Numbered from the stretch's first letter, positions 12,158 through 26,535 are shown. The stretch is 64,000 nucleotides of DNA from Octopus vulgaris (GCA_951406725.2 OX597825.1:44206001-44270000), one strand, 5' to 3'. Notes: generated by a model not told the origin, from the letters alone. A program made the numbers and translations.

Positions 12158-12476
12158 CAGAGATGTACTTGCATAGCAAGTGACTTGATCTGAGATCGTG
12201 TGCTGGAACGAAAACAGTTGCAGCGTTGAAGGTGTTTATAAGCCATTTAAGAAACACACAAAAACCGTTAGATTCACTTCAACATTTAAATTTAATTTGT
12301 CAAAATATTTTCGTCGCTTTGAGACCGCGACCTGTTAGCACGATATTTTTGTCAGTGAACAGGTCGCGGTCTCAAAGCGAGGAAAATATTTTGGCAAATT
12401 AAATTTAAATGTTGAAGTGAATCTAACGGTTTTTGTGTGTTTCTGAAATGGCTTACAAACACTTTCCACGCTGCAA
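12153..12476. mobile_element. Fold-back HHR element, family 2
   Basis: 119-bp inverted arms 12218-12336/12358-12476, (TA)n on both flanks, HHR at 12350-12396. Confidence 0.8.
12350..12396 (+). ncRNA. Hammerhead ribozyme motif with G3-C8 core
   Basis: tgtca-GTGAACA-g-gtcgc ggtctcaaa gcga(g; c in left arm)-GAA-AATATT-T-tggca (tgaca in left arm). Confidence 0.6.
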
Positions 12477-12494
12477 TATATATATACACACATA

Positions 12495-12530
<36 letters not shown>

Positions 12531-12559
12531 TGTATGTATGTATGTATGTGTGTATATGT

Positions 12560-12803
12560 GTATGCATGTATGTGTGTGTGTGTGCGTGTCTGTGCTTGTG
12601 ATTGTCCTCCACCACTGCTTGACAACGAATGTTGGTTTGTTTACATCCCTGTCACCTAGTGGTTTGACAAAGGAAACAGATAGAATAAGTACAATGCTTA
12701 CAAAAATAAAACTGGAGTTGATTCATTAAACTACAATTCTTCAAGGCATTGCCCCAGCATGGCCACAGACCAATGGCTGGAAAAAGCAGAAGAATAAAAG
12801 AAT
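12560..12803 (+). mobile_element. SINE family B, 3' half
   Basis: ccactgcttgacaacgaatgttggtttgtttacatccc...gatagaataagtac...ggcattgccccagcatggccacag. Confidence 0.8.
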
Positions 12804-12869
12804 ACATTCTCTGCTTTGGTCTTATGTTCAAGGCATGAGAAAGCTTGAGTTTACATGAGAAGGCCTAAC

Positions 12870-13137
12870 AGACCTGGTAGAAACAGCAGCCAAATCTCCC
12901 TCAAATCACACCTTACTGTCTTATGTATGTATATATATATGAGCCAATGAGGGGGACCTCTACATGGTAGCTAGACCTGGTAGAAATAGCAGCCAAATTT
13001 CCCCCAAATCACACCTTACTGTCTTATCTATGTATATATGTATGTATGAGCCTATGAGGGAGACCCCTACATGGCAGCTAGACGTGGTAGAAATAGCAGC
13101 CAAATCTCCCTCAAATCACACCTTACTGTCTTATGTA
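12870..13137 (+). repeat. Three tandem copies of a ~105-bp repeat fragment
   Basis: agacctggtagaaatagcagccaaatctccctcaaatcacaccttactgtctt (with variants) at ~12870, 12973 and 13080. Confidence 0.9.
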
Positions 13138-13139
13138 GC

Positions 13140-13604
13140 CACTACGGTTATTTAATGTAAAGTCTTCCTCAAATCACTCTCGCTATTTACTCTCTTCCAA
13201 GAACATTTTCACTCACTCTTATCTCTTAGCTTGCCATACATTTTACTCATGTATCTATCAGCGTGATAGACAGAAACAAATAATACATCGCCATCGCCAT
13301 CGCATTCTATTGTCTACCTGTCAACACACACACAGTGAATTACTTTCATTTTATTCGTTGCACATTGTGTGTGTGCGTGTGGTGTAAACCACATTAAGAA
13401 AAGCATTTGACATACACACCAGAATGTGAGTTTTCTGTAAATTCTGCTTAATTGGAGTTTAAATTTGAAAAACTGAACCTGGCATGACCCGATGCATTCT
13501 ACTCTTAAAAATGCTAGGTAAATTGTAATTGAAGAAATCCTATATTGTAGATTTCTATAAGTGACAAAGGGAGGTAGATAAAATCTGCCTTTTATAATAA
13601 GAGA
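13140..13604 (-). mobile_element. Probable Helitron 5' portion abutting the satellite
   Basis: Minus strand starts A|TCtcttattataaaaggcag, a Helitron-type 5' terminus; no 3' hairpin/CTAG found. Confidence 0.35.
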
Positions 13605-16600
13605 TTAAGATTACCGTCATTAATGTCCAGGAGTTGATGACGATAATATATTAAGATTACCGTCGCTAATGTTTATGGGTTAATGACGAAAATATATTAA
13701 GATTACCGTCACTAATGTCTAGGATATGATGACGATAACATATTAAGATTACCGTCACTAATGTGTAGGTGTTGATGAGGATTATATTTTACGATTATCG
13801 TCACTAATGCCTAGGAGTTGATGACAATAATACATTAAAATTACCGTCACTAATGTCTAGTTGATGACGATAATATATTAAGATTAACGTCACTCTGTCT
13901 AGTAGTGGATGACGATAATATATTAAGATTACCGTCACTAATGTGTAGGAGTTGATGACGATAATATATTAAGATTACCGTCAATAATGTCTAGGAGTTG
14001 ATGATGATAATATATCAAGATTACCGTCACTAGTGTCAAGGGGTTGATTATGATTATATATTAAGATTACCGTCACTCTAAGGCTAGGAGTGGATGAAGA
14101 TAATATATATATAGATTACCGTCACTAATGTCTAGGGGTTGATGACGATAATATATTAAGATTATAATGTATTAAGTTTACCGTCACTAATGTACAGGAG
14201 ATCATAACGATAATATATTAAGATTACCGTCACTAATGTGTAGGAGTTGATGACGATTATATATTACGATTACCGTCACTAATGTCTCGGAGTTGATGAC
14301 GATAATATATCAAGATTACCGACACTAGTGTCTATTGGTTGATGATGATAATATATTAAGATTACCATCACAAATATCTAGAGGTTGATGACGATAATAT
14401 ATTAAGATTACAGTCATAAATGTCCAGGAGATGATGACGATAATATATTAAGATTACCGTCAGTAATATGTAGGAGTTGATGACGATAATATATTAAGAT
14501 TACGGTCACAAATGTCTAGGATTTGAAGACGATAATATATTAAGTTTACCCTCACTAAAGTCGAGTGGTTGAGGACGATAATATGTTAAGATTGACGTCT
14601 CTGATGTCAAGGAGTTGATGACGATCATATATTAAGATTACTGTCAGTAATGTCTAGGATTTTATGACGATAATATATTAAGATTACCGTCACTAATGTC
14701 TAGGAGTTGATGATGATAATATATGAAGATTACCATCACTAATGTCTAGAGGTTGATGACGATAATATATTAAGATTACCATCACTAATGTCTACGAGTT
14801 GATGACGATAATATATTGAGATTACCGTCACTAATGTCTAGGAGTTGAGGACGATAATATATTAAGATTATAATATATTAAGTTTACCGTCACTGATGTA
14901 CAGGAGATCATAACGATATTATATTAAGATTACCGTCACTAATGCGTAAGAGTTGATGACGATTATATATTACGATTATCGTCACGAATGTCTCGGAGTT
15001 GATGATAATATATCAAGATTACCGTCACTAGTGTCTATTGGTTGATGATGATAATATATTAAGATTACCATCACAAATATCTAGAGGTTGATGAAGATAA
15101 TATATTAAGATTACCGTCACTAATATCCAGGGGTTGATGACGATAATACGTTAAGATTACCGTCACTAAATTCCAGGATTTGATGACGATAATATATTAA
15201 GATTACCGACACTAATGTCTAAGAGTTGAGGACGATAATATATTAAGATTACCGTCATAAATGTCCAGGAGATGATGACGATAATATATTAAGATTACCA
15301 TCACTGATGTCTAGGGGTTGATGACGATAATGTATTAAGATTACCGTCAGTAATATGTAGGAGTTGATGACGATAATATATTAAGATTACGGTCACAAAT
15401 GTCTAGGATTTGAAGACGATAATATATTAAGCTTACCGTCGCTAATGTCTAGGGGTTAATGACGATAATATATTAAGATTACCGTCACAAATATCCAGGT
15501 ATTGATGACTGTAATATATTAAGATTACTATCACTAATGTCTAGGAGTTGATGACGATAATATATTAAGATTACCGTCACTAATGTCAAGGAGTTGATGA
15601 CGATCATATATTAAGATTACTGTCAGTAATGTCTAGGATTTTATGACGAAATTATATTAAGATTACCGTCACTAATGTCTAGGAGTTGATGATGATAATA
15701 TATGAAGATTACCTTCACCAATGTCTAGAGGTTGATGAAGATAATATATTAAGATTACCGTCACTAATGTCCAGGGGTTGATGACGATAATATATTAAGA
15801 TTACCATCACTAATGTCTACGAGTTGATGACGATAATATATTGAGATTACCGTCACTAATGTCTAGGAGTTGTTGACGATAATATATTAAGATTACGGTC
15901 ACTAATGTCTAGGATTTTAATGACGATAATTTAATAAGATTACCTTCACTAATGTCTAGGAGTTGATGACGATAATATTTTATGATTACCCTCAATAATG
16001 TCTAGGGGTTGATGACGATAATATATTAAGATTACCGTCACTTTAAGTCTAGGAGTGGATGACGATAATATGTTCAGATTACCGTCACTAATGTCTAGGG
16101 GTTGATGACGATAATATATCAAAATTACCGTCACTAATGTGTAGGAGTTGATGACGATTATATATTATGAATATCGTCACTAACGTCTAGTGGTTGATGA
16201 CGATAATATATTAATATTACCGTCACTAATGTCTAGGCATTGAAGAAGATAATATATTAAGATTACCGTCACTAATGTCTAGGGACTGTTGACGATAATA
16301 TATTAAGATTATCGTCATTAATGTGTAGGAGTTGATGATGATTATATATTACGATTATCGTCACTAAAGTCTAGGGGTTGATAAAGATAATATCTTAAGA
16401 TTACCGTCAGAAATGTGTAGGAGTTGTTGACGATAATATATTAATATTACCGTCACTAATGTTCATGGGTTGATGAAGATAATGTATTAATATTACCATC
16501 ACTAATGTCTAGGGATTGATGACGATAATATATTAAGATTTACGTCATTAATTTGTAAGATTTCATGACGATTACATATTACGATTATCGTCACTATTGT

Positions 16601-19600
16601 CTAGGTGTTGATGTCGATAATATTTTAAGATTACTGTCGCTAAGGTGCAGGAATTTATGACGATAATATATTAAGATTACTGTCACTCATGTCTCGGAGT
16701 TGATGACGATAATATATAAAGATTACTGTCACTAGTGCCTATTGGTTGATGATGATAATATATTAAGATTACCATCACTAATATCTAGAGGTTGATGAAG
16801 ATAATATCTGAAGATTACCGTCACAAACGTCTAGGGGTTGATGACGATAATATATTAAGATTACCGTCACTAATGTCGAGAGTTTCATGACGAAAATATA
16901 TTAAGATTACCGTCACTAAAGTCCAGGATTTGATGACGATAACATATTTAGATTACCGACACCAATGTCTAGGGGTTGATGACTATAATATATTAAGATT
17001 ACCATCACTAATGTCTAGGAGTTGATGACGATAATATATTAAGATTACTGTCAGAAATGTGTAGGAGTTGATGACGATAATATATTAATATTACGGTCAA
17101 TGATGTCGAGGGGTTGATGACGATAATAGATTAAGATTACCGTCAGTAATATGTAGGATTTGATGACGATAACATATTAAGATTACCGTCACTAATGTCT
17201 AGGTGTTGATGACGATAAAATTTTAAGACTACCGTCGCTAAGTTGTAGGAATTTATGACGATAATATATCAAGATTACCGTCAGTAGTGTCTAGGGGTTG
17301 ACGATGATAATATATGAAGATTACCGTCACTAACGTCTAGGGGTTGATGACGATAATATATTAAGATTACCGTCACTAATTTCGAGGGGTTGATGACGAT
17401 AATATATTAAGATTAGCGTCACTAATGTCTAGGGATTGATGACGATAATGTATTAAGATTACCGTCATTAAATTCCAGGATTTGATGAAAATAATATATT
17501 TAGATTACCGACACCAATGTCTAGGGGTTGATGACGATAATATATTAATATTTCCGTAACTAATGTCCATGGGTTGATGAAGATTATATATTAAGATTAC
17601 CATCACTAATGTCTAGGGATTGATGACGATAATATATTAAGATTAACGTCATTAATTTGCAGGAGTTGATGACGACTATATATTGCGATTATCGTCACTA
17701 ATGTCTAGGTGTTGATGACGATAATACTTTAAGATTACTGTTGCTAATGTGTAGGAATTTATGACGATAATCTATCAAAACTACCTTCACTAATGTCTCG
17801 GAGTTGAGGACGGTAATATATCAAGATTACCGTCAGTAGTGTCTATTGGTTGATGATGATAATATATTAAGATTACCATCACTAAAATCTAGAGATTGAT
17901 GAAGATAATATATGAAGATTACCGTCACTAACGTATAGGGCTTGATGACGATAGTATATTAAGATTACCGTCACTAATGTCCAGGAGAAGATGATGATAA
18001 TATATTCAGATTACCGTCACTGATGTCTAGGGGTTCATGACGATAATATATTAAGATTTCCGTCAGTAATATGTAGGAGTTGATGACGATAATATATTAA
18101 GATTACGGTCACTAATGTCTAGGATTTGAAGACGATAATATATTAAGATTACCGTCACTAAAGTCTAGAGGTTGATAACGATAATATATAAAGATTACCG
18201 TCACTAAAGTCTAGAGTTTGATAACGATAATATATTAAGATTACCGTCATTAATGTCCAGGAATTGATGACTATTATATATTATGAATACCATCACTAAT
18301 GTCTAGGAGTTGATCACGATAATATATTAAGATTACCGTCACTAATGTCCAGGAGATGATGACGATAATATATTAACATAACCGTCAGAAATGCGTAGGA
18401 GTTGATGACGATAATATATTAATATTACCGTCACTGATGTCGAGGGGTTGATGACGATATTATATTAAGATTACCGTCAGTAATATGTAGGAGTTGATGA
18501 CGATAATATATTAAGATTACCGTCACTAAAGTCTAGGGTTTGAGGACGATAATATATTAAGATTACACTCAATAATGTCCAGGCGTTGATGACTATAATA
18601 TATTAACTTTACCGTCACTTATGTCTAGTGGTTGATGACGATGATATATTAAGATTACCGTAAGTAATGTCTAGGGGTTTATGACGATAATATATTAAGA
18701 TTACCGTCACTAATGTCAAGGAGTTGATGACGACAATATATTAAGATTACCGTCACTAATATCAAGGATTTGATGAAGACAATATATTAAGATTACCGTC
18801 ACTAATGTCAAGGAGTTGATGACCATAATATATTAAGATTACCGTCACTAACGTCTAGCGGTTGATGACGATGATATATTAAGATTACCGTCACTAATGT
18901 CCAGGAGTTGATGACTATAATATATTAAGATTACCGTCACTAATGTCTAGGGGTTTATGACGATAATATATTAAGATTACCGTCACTAATGTCAAGGAGT
19001 TGATGACGACAATATATTAAGATTATCGTCACTAATGTCTAGGATTTGATGACGATAATATATTAAGCTTACCGTCACTAATGTCTAGGGGTTTATGACG
19101 ATAACATATTAAGATTACCGTCACTAATGTCAAGGAGTTGATGACGATAATATATTAAGATTACCGTCACTAATGTCAAGGAGTTGATGACGATAATATA
19201 TTAAGATTACCGTCACTAATGTGTAGGAGTTGATAACGTTAAGATATTAAGATTACCATCACTAAGATTTAGGAGTCGATGACGATAATATATTAAGATT
19301 ACCGTCAGTAATGTCTAGGAGTTGATGACGATAATATATTAAGATTACCGTTACTGAAGTCTAAGGGTTGATGACGATAATATATTAAGATTACGGTCAC
19401 TAATGTCTAGGATTTGAAGACGATAATATATTAAGATTACCGTCACTAAAGTCTAGGGGTTGTGGACGATAATATATTAAGATTACCGTCACTAATGTCT
19501 AGGGGTTTATGACGAAAATATATTAAGATTACCGTCACTAATGTCAAGGAGTTGATGACCATAATATATTCAGATTACCGTCACTAATGGCAAGGAGTTG

Positions 19601-22366
19601 ATGACGATAATATATTAAGATTACCGTCACTAATGTCAAGTAGTTGATAACGTTAAGATATTAAGATTACCATCACTAAGATTTAGGAGTTGAGGACGAT
19701 AATATATTAAGATTACCGTCAGTAATGTCTAGGAGTTGATGACGATAATATATTAAGATTACCGTCACTATAGCCAGGAGATGACGATAATATATTAAGA
19801 TTACCGTCAGAAATGTGTAGGAGTTGATGACGATAATATATTAAGATTACCGTTACTGAAGTCTAAGGGTTGATGACGATAATATATTAAGATTACGGTC
19901 ACTAATGTCTAGGATTTGAAGACGATAATATATGAAGATTACCGTCACTAAAGTCTAGGGGTTGAGGACGATAATATATTAAGATTACCGTCACTAATGT
20001 CCAGGGGTTGATGACGATGATATATTAAGATTACCGTCACTATTGTCCAGGAGTTGATGACTATAATATATTAAGATTACCGTCACTAATGTCTAGGTGT
20101 TTATGACGATGATATATTAAGATTACCGTAAGTAATGTCTAGGGGTTTATGACGATAATATATTGAGATTATCGTCACTAACGTCAAGGAGTTGATGACG
20201 ACAATATGTTAAGATTACCGTCACTAATGTCAAGTATCTGATGAAGACAATATATTAAGATTACCGTCACTAATGTCTAGGATTTGATAACGATAATATA
20301 TTAAGCTTACCGTCACTAACGTCAAGGAGTTGATGACGACAATATATTAAGATTACCGTCACTAATGTCAAGGATTTGATGAAGACAATATATTAAGATT
20401 ACCGTCACTAATGTCTAGGATTTGATAACGATAATATATTAAGCTTACCGTCACTAACGTCTAGGGGTTTATGACGATAATATATTAAGATTACCGTCAC
20501 TAATGTCAAGGAGTTGATGACCATAATATATTAAGATTACCGTCACTAACGTCTAGCGGTTGATGATGATGATATATTAAGATTACCGTCACTAATGTCC
20601 AGGAGTTGATGACTATAATATATTAAGATTACCGTCACTAATGTCTAGGTGTTTATGACGATGATATATTAAGATTACCGTAAGTAATGTCTAGGGGTTT
20701 ATGACGATAATATATTAAGATTACCGTCACTAATGTCAAGGAGTTGATGACGACAATATATTAAGATTACCGTCACTAATGTCTAGGATTTGATGACGAT
20801 AATATATTAAGCTTACCGTCACTAATGTCTAGGGGTTTATGACGATAATATATTAAGATTACCGTCACTAATGTCAAGGAGTTGATGACCATAATATATT
20901 AAGATTACCGTCACTAATGTCAAGTAGTTGATGACGATAATATATTAAGATTACCGTCACTAATGTGTAGGAGTTGATAACGTTAAGATATTAAGATAAC
21001 CATCACTAAGATTTGGGAGTCGATGACGATAATATATTAAGATTACCGTCAGTAATGTCTAGGAGTTGATGACGATAATATATTAATATTACCGTCACTA
21101 TAGCCAGGAGATGACGATAATATATTAAGATTACCGTCAGAAATGTGTAGGAGTTGATGACGATAATATATTAAGATTACCGTTACTGAAGTCTAAGGGT
21201 TGATGACGATAATATATTAAGATTACGGTCACTAATGTCTATGATTTGAAGACGATAATATATTAAGATTACCGTCACTAAAGTCTAGGGGTTGAGGACG
21301 ATAATATATTAAGATTACCGTCACTAATGTCCAGGGGTTGATGACGATGATATATTAAGATTACCGTCACTATTGTCCAGGAGTTGATGACTATAATATA
21401 TTAAGATTACCGTCACTAATGTCTAGGTGTTTATGACGATGATATATTAAGATTACCGTAAGTAATGTCTAGGGGTTTATGACGATAATATATTGAGATT
21501 ACCGTCACTAACGTCAAGGAGTTGATGACGACAATATATTAAGATTACCGTCACTAATGTCAAGGATTTGATGAATACAATATATTAAGATTACCGTCAC
21601 TAATATCTAGGATTTGATAACGATAATATATTAAGCTTACCGTCACTAATGTCTAGGCGTTTATGACGATAATATATTAAGATTACCGTCACTAATGTCA
21701 AGGAGTTGATGACCATAATATATTAAGATTACCGTCACTAATGTCTAGGTGTTTATGACGATAATATATTAAGCTTACCGTCACTAATGTCTAGGGGTTT
21801 ATGACGATAATATATTAAGATTACCGTCACTAATGTCAAGGAGTTGATGACCATAATATATTAAGATTACCGTCACTAATGTCAAGGAGTTGATGACGAT
21901 AATATATTTAGATTACCGTCACTAATGTGTAGGAGTTGATAACGTTAAGATATTAAGATTACCATCACTAAGATTTTGGAGTTGATGACGATAATATATT
22001 AAGATTACCGTCAGTAATGTCTAGGAGTTGATGACGATAATATATTAAGATTACCATCACTTACGTCTAGGAGTTGATGACGATCGCATATTAAGAAGAT
22101 TTATAGATATTGATCCCCGTCAATAATGTTAAGTGGTTGATGGCGATAATATATTAAGATTCCCGTCACTAATGTCTAAAGTTTTGATGACGATAATATA
22201 ATAAGTTTACCGTCACTAATATCTAGGTGTTGATGTTAATATATTAAGGTTACCGTCATTAATGTCTAGGAGTTGATGACGATAATATATTAAGTTTACT
22301 ATCACTAATGTCTAGGGGGTGATGACGATAATATATGAAGATCACCGTTATTAATATTACCGTCAT
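13605..22366. repeat. 46-bp minisatellite/satellite array, ~190 units, self-complementary unit
   Basis: Consensus attaccgtcactaatgtctaggagttgatgacgataatatattaag; attaccgtca pairs with tgacgataat; higher-order block repeats present. Confidence 0.97.
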
Positions 22367-22369
22367 TCG

Positions 22370-24600
22370 ATATTTTTTAAAGTCACATTATATTCTCCGT
22401 TATTACTCACTGTAGAACCTTATCGTAGCCCAATTGTTTTACTATAACATGAATTCCCTTCATATACTTTATTTTAATATTTCCTTTATGATAACTGAAG
22501 CACTTTCTATATATAGAGTTATTATGCAAACAACGTCTCTCTATACTTTTTCAGTATGCGTTTGTATATATGAACTTATACCGGTTTTTTTTCTTATTTA
22601 CTCCTATGTTTTTGCACATATGCGTATGCTTTTATGTGTGCTATGTGCGTACATATGTATGTTTACCTGTACATGCATACATTTGAGTATATACACCCAA
22701 TATGTGTGTATATATACGTATATTTATATGCTGATGTATATGGGTGTTGTGTGCACATTCATATGGATATGTGTAAGATACACCATCTTCTGCATGTGTT
22801 TTTTGTATAACTATGTATTTGTAAATGAGTATACATATACATTTCTACTTGTATGTATACCCTTATATGCCTATGTATATGCATTCTCATTTTCTCTCCC
22901 CACCCCTACCAACATAGCTACTCCACTAAATACTTGTATTTGCTATTAGTTATTCCATCTTATATACTTCCATTAAGTATATTTTCAATACTTGTTTATA
23001 TACAGTTATAGTGTGGTTGTGCATGTTTACATCTATATCTGCATATCTATGTATACCTCTATGTGTATCTATGTTTGCATATATTTGTCTTTTTGTGTAT
23101 ATGTATGTTTATATGTGTGTAAGTACGTGTATATGTATGTGTATGTAAGTGCATATATATATGTCTGTGTATATATATGTATATGTATTCGTATGTATGT
23201 GTATATGTATATGCGTGTTTATTTACATATGCATGTGTGTATTTGTACTTGTATATACATGTGTAATGGATATGTATATATTTGTGTATATATATGTGTA
23301 TGGATATGTATATATTTGTGTATATATATGCTTATATGTGTATGTATGCCTATATTTACATATTTGATTGCTTATACATTCACCCTGATCCATATGATAA
23401 GCATTTTATCCTATAATTTTGTAACTTTATATATATCCCTACATGTATCTATCTACATGTAGATCATAATGATAATTATTTTTAATATATTTACATGCAT
23501 TGAACCCATATAACGTGTATTTTTATTCACCACGATCATATATAGCCATACCATATCACACAATACTCAGCAATAATAATACTCTCGTCATAACTTTTTA
23601 TATATATAAAATATTCCTTTTGTATAACATTATCCTACACATTCAATACATTTATCTTTATCTTTTTTCTATTTTTAACATTCACTTCTCGCATTATATC
23701 CCAAACTTGATCATTATTATTAGTTTTTATTCTTATTTATCTCCCCTACGCTAATAAAATTTTGTTTCATTTTCACCCTCTCTAATTTATTACCTTATCG
23801 CTTCTATATTTCTCTTCTTACTACATCTAATATGTTCTCTTATCTCTATTCTTAACAATGACTTCGTAAGTATTTACAACCTTAATCATCATATTTCCAT
23901 TTGAATTACTACTTTTCCTCATCTCCTTTATTATACTTCCATGTTACCTTAATATGAATCTTGAGTAAACAAGAGTCCTTAATCCACTTCCACTTCATTC
24001 TTTTTAATTCTTCCCCCTCCCCCATATTTTCACAAATAACATCATTAACTTTCTTGTTTTACAAACAATTTTTTTACGCTAAACTTTTATCTGTTTATGC
24101 TTATTTATAAATAAATACCAAGTATTGTTTTTAACGGTTAGATTTAATTTACATTTGGTAATGTTTTCTCATTGGACATTTCTCTTACTTACTCACCATA
24201 TGCTGCACATATGGATATTTAGTTAGCAAATCTATACTAATCTATAGAGAGAGTGTTATCGGTATCTCTATATTTATATCATCATCTAACCGTTCATCTG
24301 TCAGTAGTGGTTTAATATTTGACATCGCACACATATAGGAACAGATAAACAGGAAACTCATAGATCCAACTTCTCTGTTCTTTTTTTTAAAGTTACTATT
24401 ATCATTTTCTCTCTGCACTGATGAGTACTATGATAATTTTCAAATTCATATATTAATTAATATCTATGTACGAAACAATTGTATGCATGAATAAACTTCT
24501 TACAATTTTTAACATCTTATCTCCTCCATTTTTGGCAAATGTGATTGGATTTGTAGAACTTCATTCCATAAATTAATCATATACTTAATATTCTAATACA
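22370..24600 (+). mobile_element. Long low-complexity segment ending in an HHR, probable PLE 3' UTR/pLTR
   Basis: Decayed (TA/TG)n then T/C-rich strand-biased DNA leading to the HHR at 24412-24490; architecture resembles 51370-52741. Confidence 0.45.
24412..24490 (+). ncRNA. Type I hammerhead ribozyme, canonical core
   Basis: tgca-CTGATGA-gtac...gtac-GAA-ACAATTGT-A-tgca; palindromic stem III, GUA site. Confidence 0.85.
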
Positions 24601-24745
24601 ATGTATGCATATATATTTGGCTTAGGCATTGCGATACAAATAACCGCGTGTCGATCTCTATATACGTATGCTTCTGAACGAAGCGTAAATCAGGTACAGA
24701 GTAGTAATAAGAAAAGAGATGACAAAGGAATCTTTTGAATTTCAA

Positions 24746-24829
24746 TAGTTTACAGCTGTTTCTACAATAAGATGAAGTAGACTCGCTGTTGAGTGTCTGA
24801 GTAACACGTTACATCTTCATCAGAGCCTA
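24746..24829 (-). ncRNA. Type I hammerhead ribozyme, canonical core, weak stem I
   Basis: Minus strand: CTGATGA-agatg...catct(tattgta)-GAA-ACAGCTGT-A. Confidence 0.7.
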
Positions 24830-25301
24830 AAACATGAAGTGCAATTTATTACACATATGCGCGGGCGTGTATCAGTGTGGGTGAAGAATGTGCTTATATA
24901 CATATATATGTTTTCGAAATGGAACATAGTCAAGGAAGTCTTGTACATTTTATAATTGCTAAAGGAAAGTGATTACAACTTTCGATGGTCCTGGCAAGAA
25001 ACTCAGAGTAGTGAGGAAGTGTGATTTACAGCAGTCACATCATTACTAAAGTTTGACAGAGAGAGAGAGAGATGGGGAAGAGAGATGAGAGCGAGAGATG
25101 GAGAGGGAGAGAAAATAGGAAAGAGAGAGGAGAGGGGAAAGAGAGGAGGGGAGAGAGAGGAGAGAAGAGAGATGAAAGAGAGATGCAAGGATAGCGTGAA
25201 GGCTGGATGTAAGCCATTGATTACGAATTCAGCCCAAGGCTGCAAAGTCCCCTCATTAAGAGTGAAACTATTTGTTCTTGTTCATCCCTAAGTTAGTCCA
25301 A

Positions 25302-25671
25302 TCATCATCATTCATCATTGTTCGACCGTGGTCGAGACAATGGAATTTACTATGTTACGCCAGACTTCACGGTCCATCATAGCATCACGGAGGTCCTGTT
25401 GCTGGATGCCTGTATCCCTGGAGGTTACATCAGGGTAGGAGAGTGTGCGCCCTCTGGTATTGCGAGTAGATGGCTTCCAGAGGAGAAGAGTAGAAATTAC
25501 TTCTTTTTCAGCTCTATAACAATGTCCAGCAAACTGGACTCTCCTACCTTTCACAAGAGATGACACAGGTGGTAGTCTCCCATATATTTGCATTTTGGTT
25601 GGATGGCGCTTCCACGAGAGATTTTGAGCTCTCATAAGGAGGCGAGTGTAGGTTCCATCCAACCGCCTCTC
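25302..25671 (-). mobile_element. 5'-truncated RTE-clade LINE with 12-bp TSD
   Basis: ORF ...RRVQFAGHCYRAEKE...LLWKP...MMDREVWR (RTE C-terminus), (TGA)n tail, TSD aagttagtccaa at 25290-25301 and 25672-25683. Confidence 0.9.
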
Positions 25672-25974
25672 AAGTTAGTCCAAAGATGCTCCCCCTGTGA
25701 TCTTCCCTCTTCTTTTAAAATGGTAGAGGGTAATCTGATGGAAATTTGACTACTATTTCATAGGTCTCCTTTTTGGATAGGCAATAAAATGAAACTGAAT
25801 GGCATATCTAATCAGTGTAATTAGATAGCTGTACCGTATATTTAATTACATCAACGAGATTCTCGGTACACGAAGTCGGGACACAAAGAACCCTGAGTAC
25901 TGCGAGGCATTTTGTTCTATGCATAGAAGTGTCTATCAATCTACTCTCCTTTAACATTATTTCTTCCTTACTAC

Positions 25975-26042
25975 TTCTGAGGTCGATGTAATCGACTTAC
26001 CCCTCGCCCAAAATTCCAGGCCTTGTGCCTCTAGTAGAAAGG
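25975..26042 (+). mobile_element. 5'-truncated SINE family A with 19-bp TSD
   Basis: ggtcgatgtaatcgactta...ggccttgtgcctctagtagaaagg; TSD attatttcttccttactac at 25956-25974 and 26043-26061. Confidence 0.8.
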
Positions 26043-26194
26043 ATTATTTCTTCCTTACTACATAGTGGATTTTGAGGGAGCAAGCATAACCAAATGTTGA
26101 AGACATCCGCTTTGTAATCGCTATGTTCTGCGTTCGATCTCACGACCACTCATCTTGGGCAAACTTTGTTTTGCTCTTAATATTTATATACTAT

Positions 26195-26374
26195 AGGTGA
26201 AGGCATGGCTGTATGGCAATGCAGCCCCCCCCTCCATACCACCACCACTTTGTAACTTCATTCTTCGGGTTCAGGCCCACTATACGGCACTTTAAACAAG
26301 TGTATTCTACGGTCCCGTGCTGATCAATGTCTTATGACCGCATTTAGGAGACGAAAACTGTGTGGAAGTCCATC

Positions 26375-26378
<4 letters not shown>
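26195..26378 (+). mobile_element. Degenerate SINE family B, 5' half
   Basis: ggtgaaggcatggctgtatgg...gggttcaggcccactatacggcactttaaacaagtg...agacgaaaactgtgtggaagtccatcgt. Confidence 0.65.
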
Positions 26379-26457
<79 letters not shown>

Positions 26458-26494
26458 CGTATGTGTGCGTGTGTTTTCCCACTCTGCAATTTAT

Positions 26495-26535
<41 letters not shown>

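Noticed and set aside
13605-22366. CRISPR-like appearance (palindromic repeat plus variable segment)
   Set aside because: Variable parts are ~10-nt point variants of one sequence, not unique spacers; no cas genes; eukaryotic context.
13605-22366. ttgatga in each satellite unit as a hammerhead core
   Set aside because: No GAAA or stem III/NUH arrangement follows.
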